From contig CAURED010000003.1 of the NCBI GenBank assembly GCA_963524205.1, positions 129,599-193,598 of the forward strand: DNA of 64,000 nt. Direction: 5' to 3'. Both the position numbers and the translations under genes were made by a program. Source of the stretch: an uncultured Aminipila sp. (GTDB lineage: Bacteria; Bacillota; Clostridia; Peptostreptococcales; Anaerovoracaceae). Shown here one piece after another: positions 1-8,895 of the stretch; the stretch's first letter is position 1; every line of letters starts with the position of its first letter. The notes under the pieces are model-generated. The model ran no database searches and was not told the origin of the DNA. It was given only the letters and a program-made list of their open reading frames with translations.

Positions 1-298
1 TCATTCTAACCTTTAGGGATATTAAAGAAACTACAGAAAGGTTCTGACCAAAAAACTTTGGTAATCCTTTTACCGAAATGGCTGTTATTAGAAGAATGGC
101 TAAGAAGGAACCTACTCCATCTCCTAACGCTTTAGAAACATTGGCTAAATTATTTAAATGTTCACAAACCGTACAGTGTACTCCATTGCATTCATGATTG
201 CCATAAAGAAGAGCAAAACTGGTAGCAGAAAAAATAGTAAGCAAAATAGACATACAAATTATAACTGCTACTATTTTATTATTTGCCCTTGTTTTCAT
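1..298 (-). CDS. hypothetical small membrane protein, truncated by the left window edge (Cys/His cluster HECNGVHCTVCEH)
   Basis: Absent from the ORF track because it runs off the edge. The minus-strand frame is open from ATG 298 (GGGAG 8 nt upstream; alternative ATG 313) to nt 2: MKTRANNKIVAVIICMSILLTIFSATSFALLYGNHECNGVHCTVCEHLNNLANVSKALGDGVGSFLAILLITAISVKG... Hydrophobic segments flank the Cys/His cluster. No family recognised. Confidence 0.4.
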   Translation of the reverse strand, partial: MKTRANNKIVAVIICMSILLTIFSATSFALLYGNHECNGVHCTVCEHLNNLANVSKALGDGVGSFLAILLITAISVKGLPKFFGQNLSVVSLISLKVRM

Positions 299-349
299 AA
301 CCAATACTCCCATTTAAAATCTAGTCAGCCAGTGCTAACCTTTAGCAAT

Positions 350-378
350 AGTATAAGTGTATCCATGTTTTTTGTCAA
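350..378 (-). promoter_or_regulatory. sigma-A type promoter for the small membrane protein gene
   Basis: Minus strand reads TTGACA (373..378), a 17-nt spacer, then TATACT (350..355), about 40 nt upstream of the ATG. Confidence 0.45.
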
Positions 379-406
379 TTTAAAGAGTAGGTCTATCCAT
401 CTGCTC

Positions 407-1438
407 CTACTTTATAAGCGGCAGTGGATCAATTAAAACCCCGTTATAAGTAAGCTCAAGATGCAAATGAGGTCCTGTACATATGCCGCTATTTCCCACA
501 GTACCAATTAATGTACCTTTTGTAACCTTCTGCCCAACAGCAGCACTTGCAACAGATAAATGCTGGTATCTGGAAATCCATACATCATCACCAACGTTAT
601 GCTGTATTCTTATGTTTATTCCCCGCTCCCCACCATTTAGGTTTACTGATATTACAACTCCATCATCAATCGCAACTACTGGAGAGCCCATCGCATTTAA
701 ACCGCTGATGTCAACTCCGTTATGTGCTCTTGTGATGCCGAAAACTGGATGCTTTCTTGCTGCTGCAAATTTAGACGTAATCTCATGTAGCTCTGGGGTG
801 GGCCATTGAAAATATCCACCCTCTGCAGATTTAATGTAGTCTGGCAATTCATATACGTCTGCAAATATCGCATCAAGTTTACCCGAGGTCATCAGCATAT
901 CTGCCCACTCAATTTGTTCCTCTGAAAAGCCCTTTTCCATCATCAGGTCATCTAGTTCTTTTGTATAGAACTGGATAAAAAATTCTGGCCTTTTATATTT
1001 CTTTGCTGTCTCTAAGACAGTATTTATTGGGCTACCACTAGGAATCCCAAGCCAGCTGCATATGCTTTCAGGATTAGTCAAATTCCCTTCGGATACCAAC
1101 GTCCAATAACCACCATTATCTGCTTCAACATGCTGATGTATCTCATAATACATTTTCATAAAATCTACAGCAGATAAATAGGGATCTACATCGTCTAAAT
1201 TATTTTCATAGCGGACAACATCATAGGCTACAAGTTCCTGCCATGTACACCCTGTCTGTTCTGCCGCTTTCTTATAATCTTCCAGCTTTCCCGCAGTAGC
1301 AGAAGGTACATTTCTTCCTAATATAATTAATATACCACTGATAAAAATGATTGCCATTATGACAAATATACCAATTATCAGCGCTATCTTTCTAGTCCTC
1401 TTATTTTTCTTTCTAGGACGTTTCCTTCTTTTTCTCAT
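407..1438 (-). CDS. M23 family metallopeptidase (peptidoglycan endopeptidase) with N-terminal basic tail and TM anchor
   Basis: C-terminal HNGVD ... GPHLHLE motifs are typical of M23/LytM. The N-terminus has a single TM helix. The ORF-track TTG at 1450 lies inside the RBS (TTGGAGGACAGA-ATG), so the start is taken as ATG 1438. Confidence 0.85.
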   Translation of the reverse strand: MRKRRKRPRKKNKRTRKIALIIGIFVIMAIIFISGILIILGRNVPSATAGKLEDYKKAAEQTGCTWQELVAYDVVRYENNLDDVDPYLSAVDFMKMYYEIHQHVEADNGGYWTLVSEGNLTNPESICSWLGIPSGSPINTVLETAKKYKRPEFFIQFYTKELDDLMMEKGFSEEQIEWADMLMTSGKLDAIFADVYELPDYIKSAEGGYFQWPTPELHEITSKFAAARKHPVFGITRAHNGVDISGLNAMGSPVVAIDDGVVISVNLNGGERGINIRIQHNVGDDVWISRYQHLSVASAAVGQKVTKGTLIGTVGNSGICTGPHLHLELTYNGVLIDPLPLIK

Positions 1439-1535
1439 TCTGTCCTCCAAAGATCATATTAAAACATTCTATGCCATCAGACTGCTTAACTTGTCTTTAT
1501 TGAACAGATAAATTTTATTGTTATGTTAATAGTTT

Positions 1536-2042
1536 TTAAAATATTGCTGTATATTGCCCATATAAACATGCTCCTAACACTATGCAAACTACAGCTTCCA
1601 TTGCACTATTTGTCCTAATTCTTAATATATGAAACCGTTTAGTAGATATAGGCCACAGCCACATAATCCCCTGCACATTTAGAGTGTCTAAAATTAAATG
1701 GGATACCATTCCCGGTATAAACCCTTGTATAAAATATGCTGCAAGATAATTCAAATCATGCAGCCATCCCCAGTTTAACATTCCTAAAATTATACTAACT
1801 ATCAGAACAAATACTGGTGTGTGTATAGCTCCTCTATGCTTGAACAATCCTGCCAATATATCTGCTGCAATTGGTAACTTATGTCCGATCCAACTTTGTC
1901 TGTGATCTATATCGGGGAAAAGTGATCCTAGTATAGCTCCTGTCATAATTGTAGTCTGCTGAACTGGATCAGTTACGTTTCCTGCAGATACTATAACTAA
2001 TCCAGCCGCTACCCCTCCTAATGAATGTGTTACATAATTCAT
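1536..2042 (-). CDS. membrane-bound metal-dependent hydrolase, YdjM/DUF457-like
   Basis: Polytopic, His-rich membrane protein (MNYVTHSLGG..., DIDHRQSW). AGGAGG lies 8 nt upstream of ATG 2042. The ORF-track start at 2108 lacks an RBS. Confidence 0.7.
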   Translation of the reverse strand: MNYVTHSLGGVAAGLVIVSAGNVTDPVQQTTIMTGAILGSLFPDIDHRQSWIGHKLPIAADILAGLFKHRGAIHTPVFVLIVSIILGMLNWGWLHDLNYLAAYFIQGFIPGMVSHLILDTLNVQGIMWLWPISTKRFHILRIRTNSAMEAVVCIVLGACLYGQYTAIF

Positions 2043-2165
2043 TTTTCTAGCCTCCTTAAGTGCCTTTATATTTACTTCATTTGCTACTAATTTTTGTGTT
2101 TTATCCATAATTTTTTAATTTTACTATATTTCCACCTTTTAGACAAGGTAGAACTTTAATATAAA

Positions 2166-2208
2166 AAAAGGTTTACCAGCTTGTCCAAAGTCATCAGGTA
2201 AACCTTTT
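2166..2208 (-). terminator. rho-independent terminator after the GGCT-like gene
   Basis: 12-bp stem AAAAGGTTTACC / GGTAAACCTTTT, followed by a T-run on the minus strand. Confidence 0.6.
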
Positions 2209-2253
2209 ATGTATTCATTATTAACTCACACTTATAATTGTTGCAATTCCTCC

Positions 2254-2724
2254 TCAAGAATATTTACTTATTGCTAATTCTCTATATACGTCCTGGACTG
2301 CATTAAACAGCCCGTCCACTATAATTCCATGATTCTCATAACCCCGTTGTATCGTTTCTATGTAATAAAGACTAGGCTTGACAGGAATCTTACAATACTT
2401 ATCCACCATTACGTAAACCATTGCCTCTACACTGTCATTCTTAAATCTAACATCCACTTGTTCTTTCATAAATAGTTTAGGAAAACCTTCATAAGAATCT
2501 AGTGCTTTCTCACACTTTTTTGTAATAGTCCATAATACAACCGGTATGCTTGCACCATCACATCTTTCTATGGTGGCCACCCCTTTGCGGATGCCTCTAA
2601 AAGTAAGTTTATAATTTTCTAATACTCCAACACCAATTACTCTTGCAGAAGGACATTTTCGAGCCATTTGTTGCAAACACATGTTACTTCCATAAGCTGC
2701 ATAAATTTTATTTTTACCATTCAT
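2254..2724 (-). CDS. gamma-glutamylcyclotransferase (AIG2/GGCT-like) family protein
   Basis: N-terminal YAAYGSNM motif and a size typical of the GGCT-like fold. AAGGGA RBS lies 9 nt before ATG 2724. The ORF-track GTG at 2745 overlaps that RBS. Confidence 0.7.
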   Translation of the reverse strand: MNGKNKIYAAYGSNMCLQQMARKCPSARVIGVGVLENYKLTFRGIRKGVATIERCDGASIPVVLWTITKKCEKALDSYEGFPKLFMKEQVDVRFKNDSVEAMVYVMVDKYCKIPVKPSLYYIETIQRGYENHGIIVDGLFNAVQDVYRELAISKYS

Positions 2725-2953
2725 AAAACCCCATCCCTTCTTCACTTCGACTGTAATTTTTAATTTGACTATACTTTTTTAATTCATTAAATTACATAAA
2801 TAAATCGATAAAGTTCTTTAATAAAATAATACCCCAATTAGTTTTTAAATTAACATTCTTTTATTCGCCAAAATTTGCGTTATTTCTTTTTATTTTGACA
2901 ATAATAATAGTAGCTCTATTTATAAATACCAAAGCTTTCTATAATTTAAATTG

Positions 2954-2998
2954 TAAAAAATGCAAACTCGTTAATCTGCCCATTAAACAAGTTTGCAT
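2954..2998 (-). terminator. rho-independent terminator after the permease gene (end of the roc-like operon)
   Basis: Stem ATGCAAACT / AGTTTGCAT with a T-run on the minus strand, 37 nt past stop 3035. Confidence 0.55.
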
Positions 2999-3034
2999 AT
3001 TTTTCTTATTAGTTTATATATTTAATACTTCTAA

Positions 3035-4510
3035 TTATTCTTGTAATATATCCTTTCTTGTTAAATCCATCTCTTCAAGTGACACAATTTTAGTCTTCTT
3101 TATAATCTTTCTGAAAATATATAATGCAATCATAATAGGTAAGCCTATATAGGCTACCAAAACGCCATACCAGTCAACCCCTGCCTCTGAAATCGCATAA
3201 TAGCCTTGGCCGATAATTACAGCTCCCGATATTATGAGTGAGAGTATTGTTCCATAAGGATAAAATTTTGTTTTATATTTAAGCACGGAAAGATCTTTTC
3301 CTTGTTTAGTAAAGGCCTTCCTAAATCTTAAATGGCAGATACAAACACCAAACCATGTCATAAAGCCTGTAAGACCAGTTGCATTGTACAACCATGTGTA
3401 AACCACACTGTCCCCCGCAAAAGAAGTTAAAAAGCACAAACAAGCTATAATCATAGTTCCAAATACTGCATAAATTGGAACTCCTTTGGCACTTGTCTTT
3501 GCCAAAAATTTAGGTGCATGATTGGAAACTGCCATTGAATAAAGCAAACGGCTTGCCGAGTATAATGTGGAATTTCCGCATGAAAGAATTGACGTAAGTA
3601 TTACCGCATTCATTACAGAAGCTGCCATAGCGATGCCACTTTTTTCAAATACAATCGTAAATGGACTAACGGCCACATTATCAACATCCGCACTTAATAA
3701 GTTAGGATCCGTATAAGGGATTAATGTTGCCACTACAAAGATAGCCCCTATATAAAATATCAGTATTCTCCAAAATACACTGTTAATGGCTTTTGGAACA
3801 GTTTTTGCCGGATTTACACATTCTCCCGCAGCAATAGCTGTAGCTTCAACTCCTATAAAAGAAAACCCTGCTACCATTAAAATGCCAAACACACCAAAAG
3901 GTCCCCCTACAAGCGGTGCCTCCCCTGTAGTCCAATTTGAAAATCCTGGGCTGTCATTTGTAAAAATACCAAATATCATGAATACCCCTACTACTAGAAA
4001 AATAATAATGGTTACAACTTTTATACCTGCAAACCAGAATTCAGATTCACCGAATATGCTGACCGAAACCATATTAAGTGCTAAAAGCAGCACTATAAAT
4101 ATAGCACTCCACATTGCGGAAGGGCTGTCAGGAAACCAAAATTTCATTACAATGGCAGATGCAACCAATTCAGTTGCTATAGTCATTGTACTGCAATACC
4201 AATAATTCCATCCCATGGCAAATCCGAATGCAGGATCTACGTATTTTTTTGAATACAATTCAAAGGCCCCTGCAACAGGCAAATACGTTGCCATTTCTCC
4301 TAAAGCAGTCATCATAAAATATACAGCTACACCGATAACAATATAGGCAATCATCGTGCCTCCAGGACCGGCTGTACTAATGGAAGACCCTGTAGCAACA
4401 AATAGCCCCGTACCTATTGCTCCTCCTATTGCTATCATGTTCATTTGTCTTGGTTTTAATTTACGTTCAAGCTTACTGTCATTAGGGGTTTCTCTTGGTT
4501 TGTTATCCAT
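3035..4510 (-). CDS. APC-superfamily amino acid permease (RocC/LysP-like)
   Basis: 491 aa with about 12 TM segments and the N-terminal signature RQMNMIAIGGAIGTGLF. GGAGG RBS present. Confidence 0.9.
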   Translation of the reverse strand: MDNKPRETPNDSKLERKLKPRQMNMIAIGGAIGTGLFVATGSSISTAGPGGTMIAYIVIGVAVYFMMTALGEMATYLPVAGAFELYSKKYVDPAFGFAMGWNYWYCSTMTIATELVASAIVMKFWFPDSPSAMWSAIFIVLLLALNMVSVSIFGESEFWFAGIKVVTIIIFLVVGVFMIFGIFTNDSPGFSNWTTGEAPLVGGPFGVFGILMVAGFSFIGVEATAIAAGECVNPAKTVPKAINSVFWRILIFYIGAIFVVATLIPYTDPNLLSADVDNVAVSPFTIVFEKSGIAMAASVMNAVILTSILSCGNSTLYSASRLLYSMAVSNHAPKFLAKTSAKGVPIYAVFGTMIIACLCFLTSFAGDSVVYTWLYNATGLTGFMTWFGVCICHLRFRKAFTKQGKDLSVLKYKTKFYPYGTILSLIISGAVIIGQGYYAISEAGVDWYGVLVAYIGLPIMIALYIFRKIIKKTKIVSLEEMDLTRKDILQE

Positions 4511-4522
4511 AATTGTTCCTCC

Positions 4523-6214
4523 TTATAATAATTCAGGAATATTAAACAGCAAGGCAATTGCTTTATTTATTATTTTTGGTGTCCGATTATACAAATCATC
4601 TTTATAAACTCTCTCCGTAAGTTTGTGAAAATCCTTTCCCCAAGGCCCAATATTTATACAAGGCATTGAAATTTCTTCAATATCTCTGATAGGTATGGAG
4701 TAAAAATCTCCAAATAAAGGCATATACGTTTCCAAAGCCTTAACAGTTTCCTCTCCGTCTCTGATGCTGGTATAGCTAAGGTCAGAAATTCCTGTATAAA
4801 ACTCCTCGGTCTCATATATCTGTCCAAACTCCGTTTTAGTATACTTACATAGTTGTTCAGATAAATTTGAAATTTCTTCACTTAGTCCTTTGTAATATAC
4901 ATTTGATACATTGGGATAATAGGGTGGAACCAATCCGTATACTACTCTTGGTGAGATATCATTAATATATTGGTAAACAAATTCAACTAATTGAAAGTTA
5001 CATTCTATTATGGTACATTGCCCTCTGTTAAATTTTGTTTCAATACTTTTAGCAATAACTTTATAGCTTTCAATAAATTTTTCTCCATAGGTTTTACATG
5101 CTTCTTCATAAAGCTCAGCAAAAGCCACCACATTTACTTTCCATGGCAAAGTCTCAGAGGGAAGCTTCTTCACCTTGGCAAATCCTTTATAGCTCTGTCC
5201 CATTTGCTCAAGAATGTCTTCAAAGGATTTAAAGCAGATATCTTTAACCTTTTCCATTACTTCTTGTGGGGTGCGATTCAGTGTCAATATGCTGAAGCAG
5301 CCTGCCACAGATAACGGCATTGATACATCATACTGCTTTTTATTATCCTTAAGGTACAGCCAGGTAGGGGGCGGTGCCATTTCACTGCCCACTATATCAC
5401 TGAAGTCTATATTGAGCTCCGTGTTTCTTACAATTTCGCTCATTAGGTTTAGCGGATTAAAGCCTTCGAAAACCTTTCCAATATGTGATAAATATCCTCT
5501 TACATATACAAACGGCATTATTTTTCCTACAGAGCCTTGTGAAAACACTCCTTTTTCTTTATCTTTTCTCTGATGTGGCTCGGAATTTATCATAAGTTTA
5601 TAGTTAAAATTATATTTATTCTTTAAATCTTTTAACAAGCTAACTGCAGAACGCATTCCAGCTGACAAATTTTCTTCATCAGGAACGGCAATAAGGATCA
5701 CATTCCCCCTAAAGCCTTTAATCTCACTATATCTTTCCAAAAGGGCCAGTTGTATAGCTCCGCCACCCTTCATATCACAAGTTCCTCTGCCAAATAAATA
5801 GCTCCCCTCCATAAGATCGATTTGAGCTTCCTCTTGCAATGAATACTTTATTTTCATAAGTTCTTCTTCAAGAGGCTTAGGTGAAAAAGCGAAAGGCTCA
5901 AGCAATTTATAGTCCTCTACTTCAACAACATCATTATGATGTACTAATACAACTGCGTCATCACCCTCGCCTTTTACCATTGCGTATGAAACAGCTCTGT
6001 TGAATGGGTCTCCTGCAATTTTATAAGTTCCATAATATTGAGGATAATCTTTAAAATACTTTATATTGGAAAAAAATTTCATTAAATACCTTTCGGCATC
6101 TTTCTCACCTTCAGTAAAAGTAAAGCTTTGCGCCTCAATATATTTAAGAAGTATATGTTCAATTCTTAGTCCGATTCCTTCTAACACATGATTTTTATTA
6201 TCCATCACAGACAC
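4523..6214 (-). CDS. M20/M25/M40 metallohydrolase, RocB-type (arginine utilisation protein RocB-like)
   Basis: 563 aa, unusually long for the M20 family, like B. subtilis RocB. Motifs VLVHHNDVV and GRGTCDMKGG. Alternative start at ATG 6205. Confidence 0.8.
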   Translation of the reverse strand: MSVMDNKNHVLEGIGLRIEHILLKYIEAQSFTFTEGEKDAERYLMKFFSNIKYFKDYPQYYGTYKIAGDPFNRAVSYAMVKGEGDDAVVLVHHNDVVEVEDYKLLEPFAFSPKPLEEELMKIKYSLQEEAQIDLMEGSYLFGRGTCDMKGGGAIQLALLERYSEIKGFRGNVILIAVPDEENLSAGMRSAVSLLKDLKNKYNFNYKLMINSEPHQRKDKEKGVFSQGSVGKIMPFVYVRGYLSHIGKVFEGFNPLNLMSEIVRNTELNIDFSDIVGSEMAPPPTWLYLKDNKKQYDVSMPLSVAGCFSILTLNRTPQEVMEKVKDICFKSFEDILEQMGQSYKGFAKVKKLPSETLPWKVNVVAFAELYEEACKTYGEKFIESYKVIAKSIETKFNRGQCTIIECNFQLVEFVYQYINDISPRVVYGLVPPYYPNVSNVYYKGLSEEISNLSEQLCKYTKTEFGQIYETEEFYTGISDLSYTSIRDGEETVKALETYMPLFGDFYSIPIRDIEEISMPCINIGPWGKDFHKLTERVYKDDLYNRTPKIINKAIALLFNIPELL

Positions 6215-6253
6215 TGCCTTTCTGAATTAAATGCTAAATATCCTCTTATACGC

Positions 6254-7129
6254 TTATTTCCTTAACAAAGGAGCTGTTAAGCAGGTCGGACCTCCTGTTC
6301 CTCTGTAAGAAAGTTCTTTTCCTTCATAAGTCAGTACTTCTACTCCCAATTCTTCAAGCTTCTTCTGGATTTTAGGGCAGCCTTTAATTAATACTACCTT
6401 TCCAGGCTTTAACGCTAACAGATTTGTTCCTAAATAATCATATTCGTCATCATCTGCTTCAACCAATGTGATTCCTTTTTCCATTAGATATTCTCTAAAG
6501 AAAACCGGCATGTATTTAGAATAAACAACTGCCTTATCATTATCAACAAAACTGATAATGCTCATTAAATGCAAACATGCATCCACACCATCTCCATGAG
6601 GCATTGGTACAATGATATATTCCTCTACAACGTCCTTTGTCAATTCTTTAAATTGTCTAATCCCTTCATCATTGGTTCTGTATCCTCTTCCTATGGCAAC
6701 GGTTTTTTCATCTATCCAAAGAACATCTCCGCCTTCCATTTTTCCTGGAGCTTTAATTTCACCTAATGTAGGTATACCTATTTTCTCAAGATATTCTTTT
6801 GTTGCAAGATATTCTTTACCTCTTAATACCTTCCCCATAGGAAAATAAATTGCTCCTTTCCTTGTGATCTTTAGTGGATCGTGAGCATAAATAGAGTCTA
6901 ATCCGGTCTTTGAATCATATGGGAGTGTATAAACGTCTTTTACATTATCCCTGATGATTTTTTCAAAAACTTCATATTCCTTCAACACTGTTTCATAATC
7001 AGGACATCCGAAATATTTAAACCCTTCCCATGTGTTATTAAGATTTTCTTGATTAATAAATGCTTCCTGAGGTCTTTTAATTAATATTGCTTCAATTTCT
7101 TCTACCATTGACTGACAACCATATTTCAT
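6254..7129 (-). CDS. guanidino-group modifying enzyme (amidinotransferase / DDAH / arginine-deiminase superfamily)
   Basis: C-terminal GGPTCLT nucleophile-type motif and internal HLMS His motif; about 291 aa. AGGAGG lies 9 nt before ATG 7129. The ORF-track extension to 7177 runs through the sigma-54 promoter. Confidence 0.75.
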   Translation of the reverse strand: MKYGCQSMVEEIEAILIKRPQEAFINQENLNNTWEGFKYFGCPDYETVLKEYEVFEKIIRDNVKDVYTLPYDSKTGLDSIYAHDPLKITRKGAIYFPMGKVLRGKEYLATKEYLEKIGIPTLGEIKAPGKMEGGDVLWIDEKTVAIGRGYRTNDEGIRQFKELTKDVVEEYIIVPMPHGDGVDACLHLMSIISFVDNDKAVVYSKYMPVFFREYLMEKGITLVEADDDEYDYLGTNLLALKPGKVVLIKGCPKIQKKLEELGVEVLTYEGKELSYRGTGGPTCLTAPLLRK

Positions 7130-7173
7130 AATAATTTTCCTCCTTAAATTTTGTCTTTTTCCTTTATATAGAA

Positions 7174-7188
7174 GCAATTATTGTGCCA
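7174..7188 (-). promoter_or_regulatory. sigma-54 (-24/-12) promoter
   Basis: Minus strand reads TGGCACAATAATTGC, i.e. GG-N10-GC with full TGGCAC and TTGC elements, 45 nt upstream of ATG 7129 and downstream of a sigma-54 activator gene. Confidence 0.8.
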
Positions 7189-7310
7189 ATATTATGAATT
7201 TTCATTATATTTATCAATATACCTTATTAGCCCCGTTGTTTTCAAGCTTTTTTAGTTTTGCATGTTTTACTTACATTAAACATTAAGCCTTTACTTCTTC
7301 AAAAATCTAT

Positions 7311-7359
7311 AAAAGGGAAAAAAATTTTGCGGAGTATACGCAAAATTTTTTTCCCTTTT
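7311..7359 (-). terminator. perfect 21-bp inverted repeat (terminator of the activator gene and/or enhancer site)
   Basis: AAAAGGGAAAAAAATTTTGCG - gagtata - CGCAAAATTTTTTTCCCTTTT. It starts 16 nt after stop 7375 and lies about 125-185 bp upstream of the -24/-12 element. Confidence 0.6.
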
Positions 7360-7374
7360 ATAACTGCATTATCT

Positions 7375-8763
7375 TTATTTTTTGATTTCTAATTTATATT
7401 TTTTAATCTTATAATTCAATGCCTGCCTACTGACGCCAAGCTTATTGGCAGCATCAGTAATATTAGTGCTTTCCAGAAGTACTGCCCTTATGATTTTACA
7501 TTCATAATCATCAATGATGAAGGTGAGAGAATCTCCTTCTTCCAAAGCTGTTTTCCAATCTGCTTGATCCCCATAATGAGTATCTTCTTTTTTGTCATAA
7601 AGAAAGTAATCGGGCAAATCCGTTATTGTAATAGTCTTTCCTTTTGCCATATTAAATGCATATTCAATAACATTTTTTAACTCTCTGACATTTCCTGGCC
7701 ATTCATAATCAATAAGGAGTCTTTTTGCCAGTTCACTACAATCTTCAATAGTGCGTCCTTCTTTTCTGTTATAAAAATTAATATAGTACTTTATCAGTAA
7801 TGGGATATCTTGTTTCCGATCTTTTAGCAGTGGCAGTTTTATTTGAAATACTCCCAATCTGTAATACAGATCTCTCCTTATTTTACCTTTTTCTATAGCC
7901 TCATCAGCTTCCTCGTTCATAGCAGAAATAATTCTTACGTCTATTTTTCTTTCTTTTTCTGAACCCAGTCTTCTAATTTTTTGTTCCTCTACAGCTTTTA
8001 AAATCTTCCCCTGCAATTCAATATTCATAGAGTTTAATTCATCAAGAAACATAGTGCCTTTATCTGCCAGTTCAAAAAGACCTTTTCGATCCTCAGCTCC
8101 CGTATAACTGCCCTTAACAGTTCCAAACAAGGTACTTTCTAATAAACTCGCCGGTATAGCTGAACAATTCTGTGAAATAAACGCTTGCTTTTTCCGTCTA
8201 CTGTGGCTATGAATAGCTTGAGCTACAATTTCTTTCCCCGTTCCTGTTTCTCCTATTACCATTACAGAAGAGTCTCCCTCTGCCGCACGCAAAATTTTTT
8301 CCCTTACAACAAGCATTTTGTTGTCTTCTCCGATTAGATTATCTACTGTATAAAGATCTTTTTTAGTGTCTTCCTTTTTTTCTTTAAATCTTTTACTGTA
8401 CGGAAGTCCTGAGTCGGAAAGTATAACTGTTCCTTCTATGGCTCCTACTATCTTTCCGTCCACCTCAATTGGGTATGTATTGCTTACAAATGCCAGCTTC
8501 TTTCCATTAAAATCCGTTAAAGTCTGAATTTCTTCAATAATTGCCTCTCCACTCCTCATAACTCTAAAATGAGTACTGGTTTGCTCCGTTAATTCAGGGT
8601 AAACATCTAAAAGATATTTGCCAGTGTACCCTTCGTTCTTAATAGAATTATCTTTTTCATTAAAAATGGCACAGTATTCAATGATTCCATCTACATTTGT
8701 AATCAAGACGGAATCCATGGTATCATATATATATGTCATTTTTTCCAAATATCTTGTCAGCAT
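7375..8763 (-). CDS. sigma-54-dependent transcriptional activator (PAS - AAA+ - Fis-type HTH), RocR-like
   Basis: GETGTGKE Walker A, ESTLFG..GSYTGA (a GAFTGA variant), and a C-terminal HTH (AANKLGVSRQALNYKIKK). 462 aa, the same architecture as B. subtilis RocR. Confidence 0.9.
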   Translation of the reverse strand: MLTRYLEKMTYIYDTMDSVLITNVDGIIEYCAIFNEKDNSIKNEGYTGKYLLDVYPELTEQTSTHFRVMRSGEAIIEEIQTLTDFNGKKLAFVSNTYPIEVDGKIVGAIEGTVILSDSGLPYSKRFKEKKEDTKKDLYTVDNLIGEDNKMLVVREKILRAAEGDSSVMVIGETGTGKEIVAQAIHSHSRRKKQAFISQNCSAIPASLLESTLFGTVKGSYTGAEDRKGLFELADKGTMFLDELNSMNIELQGKILKAVEEQKIRRLGSEKERKIDVRIISAMNEEADEAIEKGKIRRDLYYRLGVFQIKLPLLKDRKQDIPLLIKYYINFYNRKEGRTIEDCSELAKRLLIDYEWPGNVRELKNVIEYAFNMAKGKTITITDLPDYFLYDKKEDTHYGDQADWKTALEEGDSLTFIIDDYECKIIRAVLLESTNITDAANKLGVSRQALNYKIKKYKLEIKK

Positions 8764-8895
8764 ATACCCTTCCTTTCAGGCTTTCTTCTGCTAATTATAC
8801 TATAAGCAATCCTAAAAATATACAAGGAATCCTTAGATAGCATCCTCCAGTAAAGCTCTGATCAGATTTAGCATATGATGATTTTTAAACTTTCT

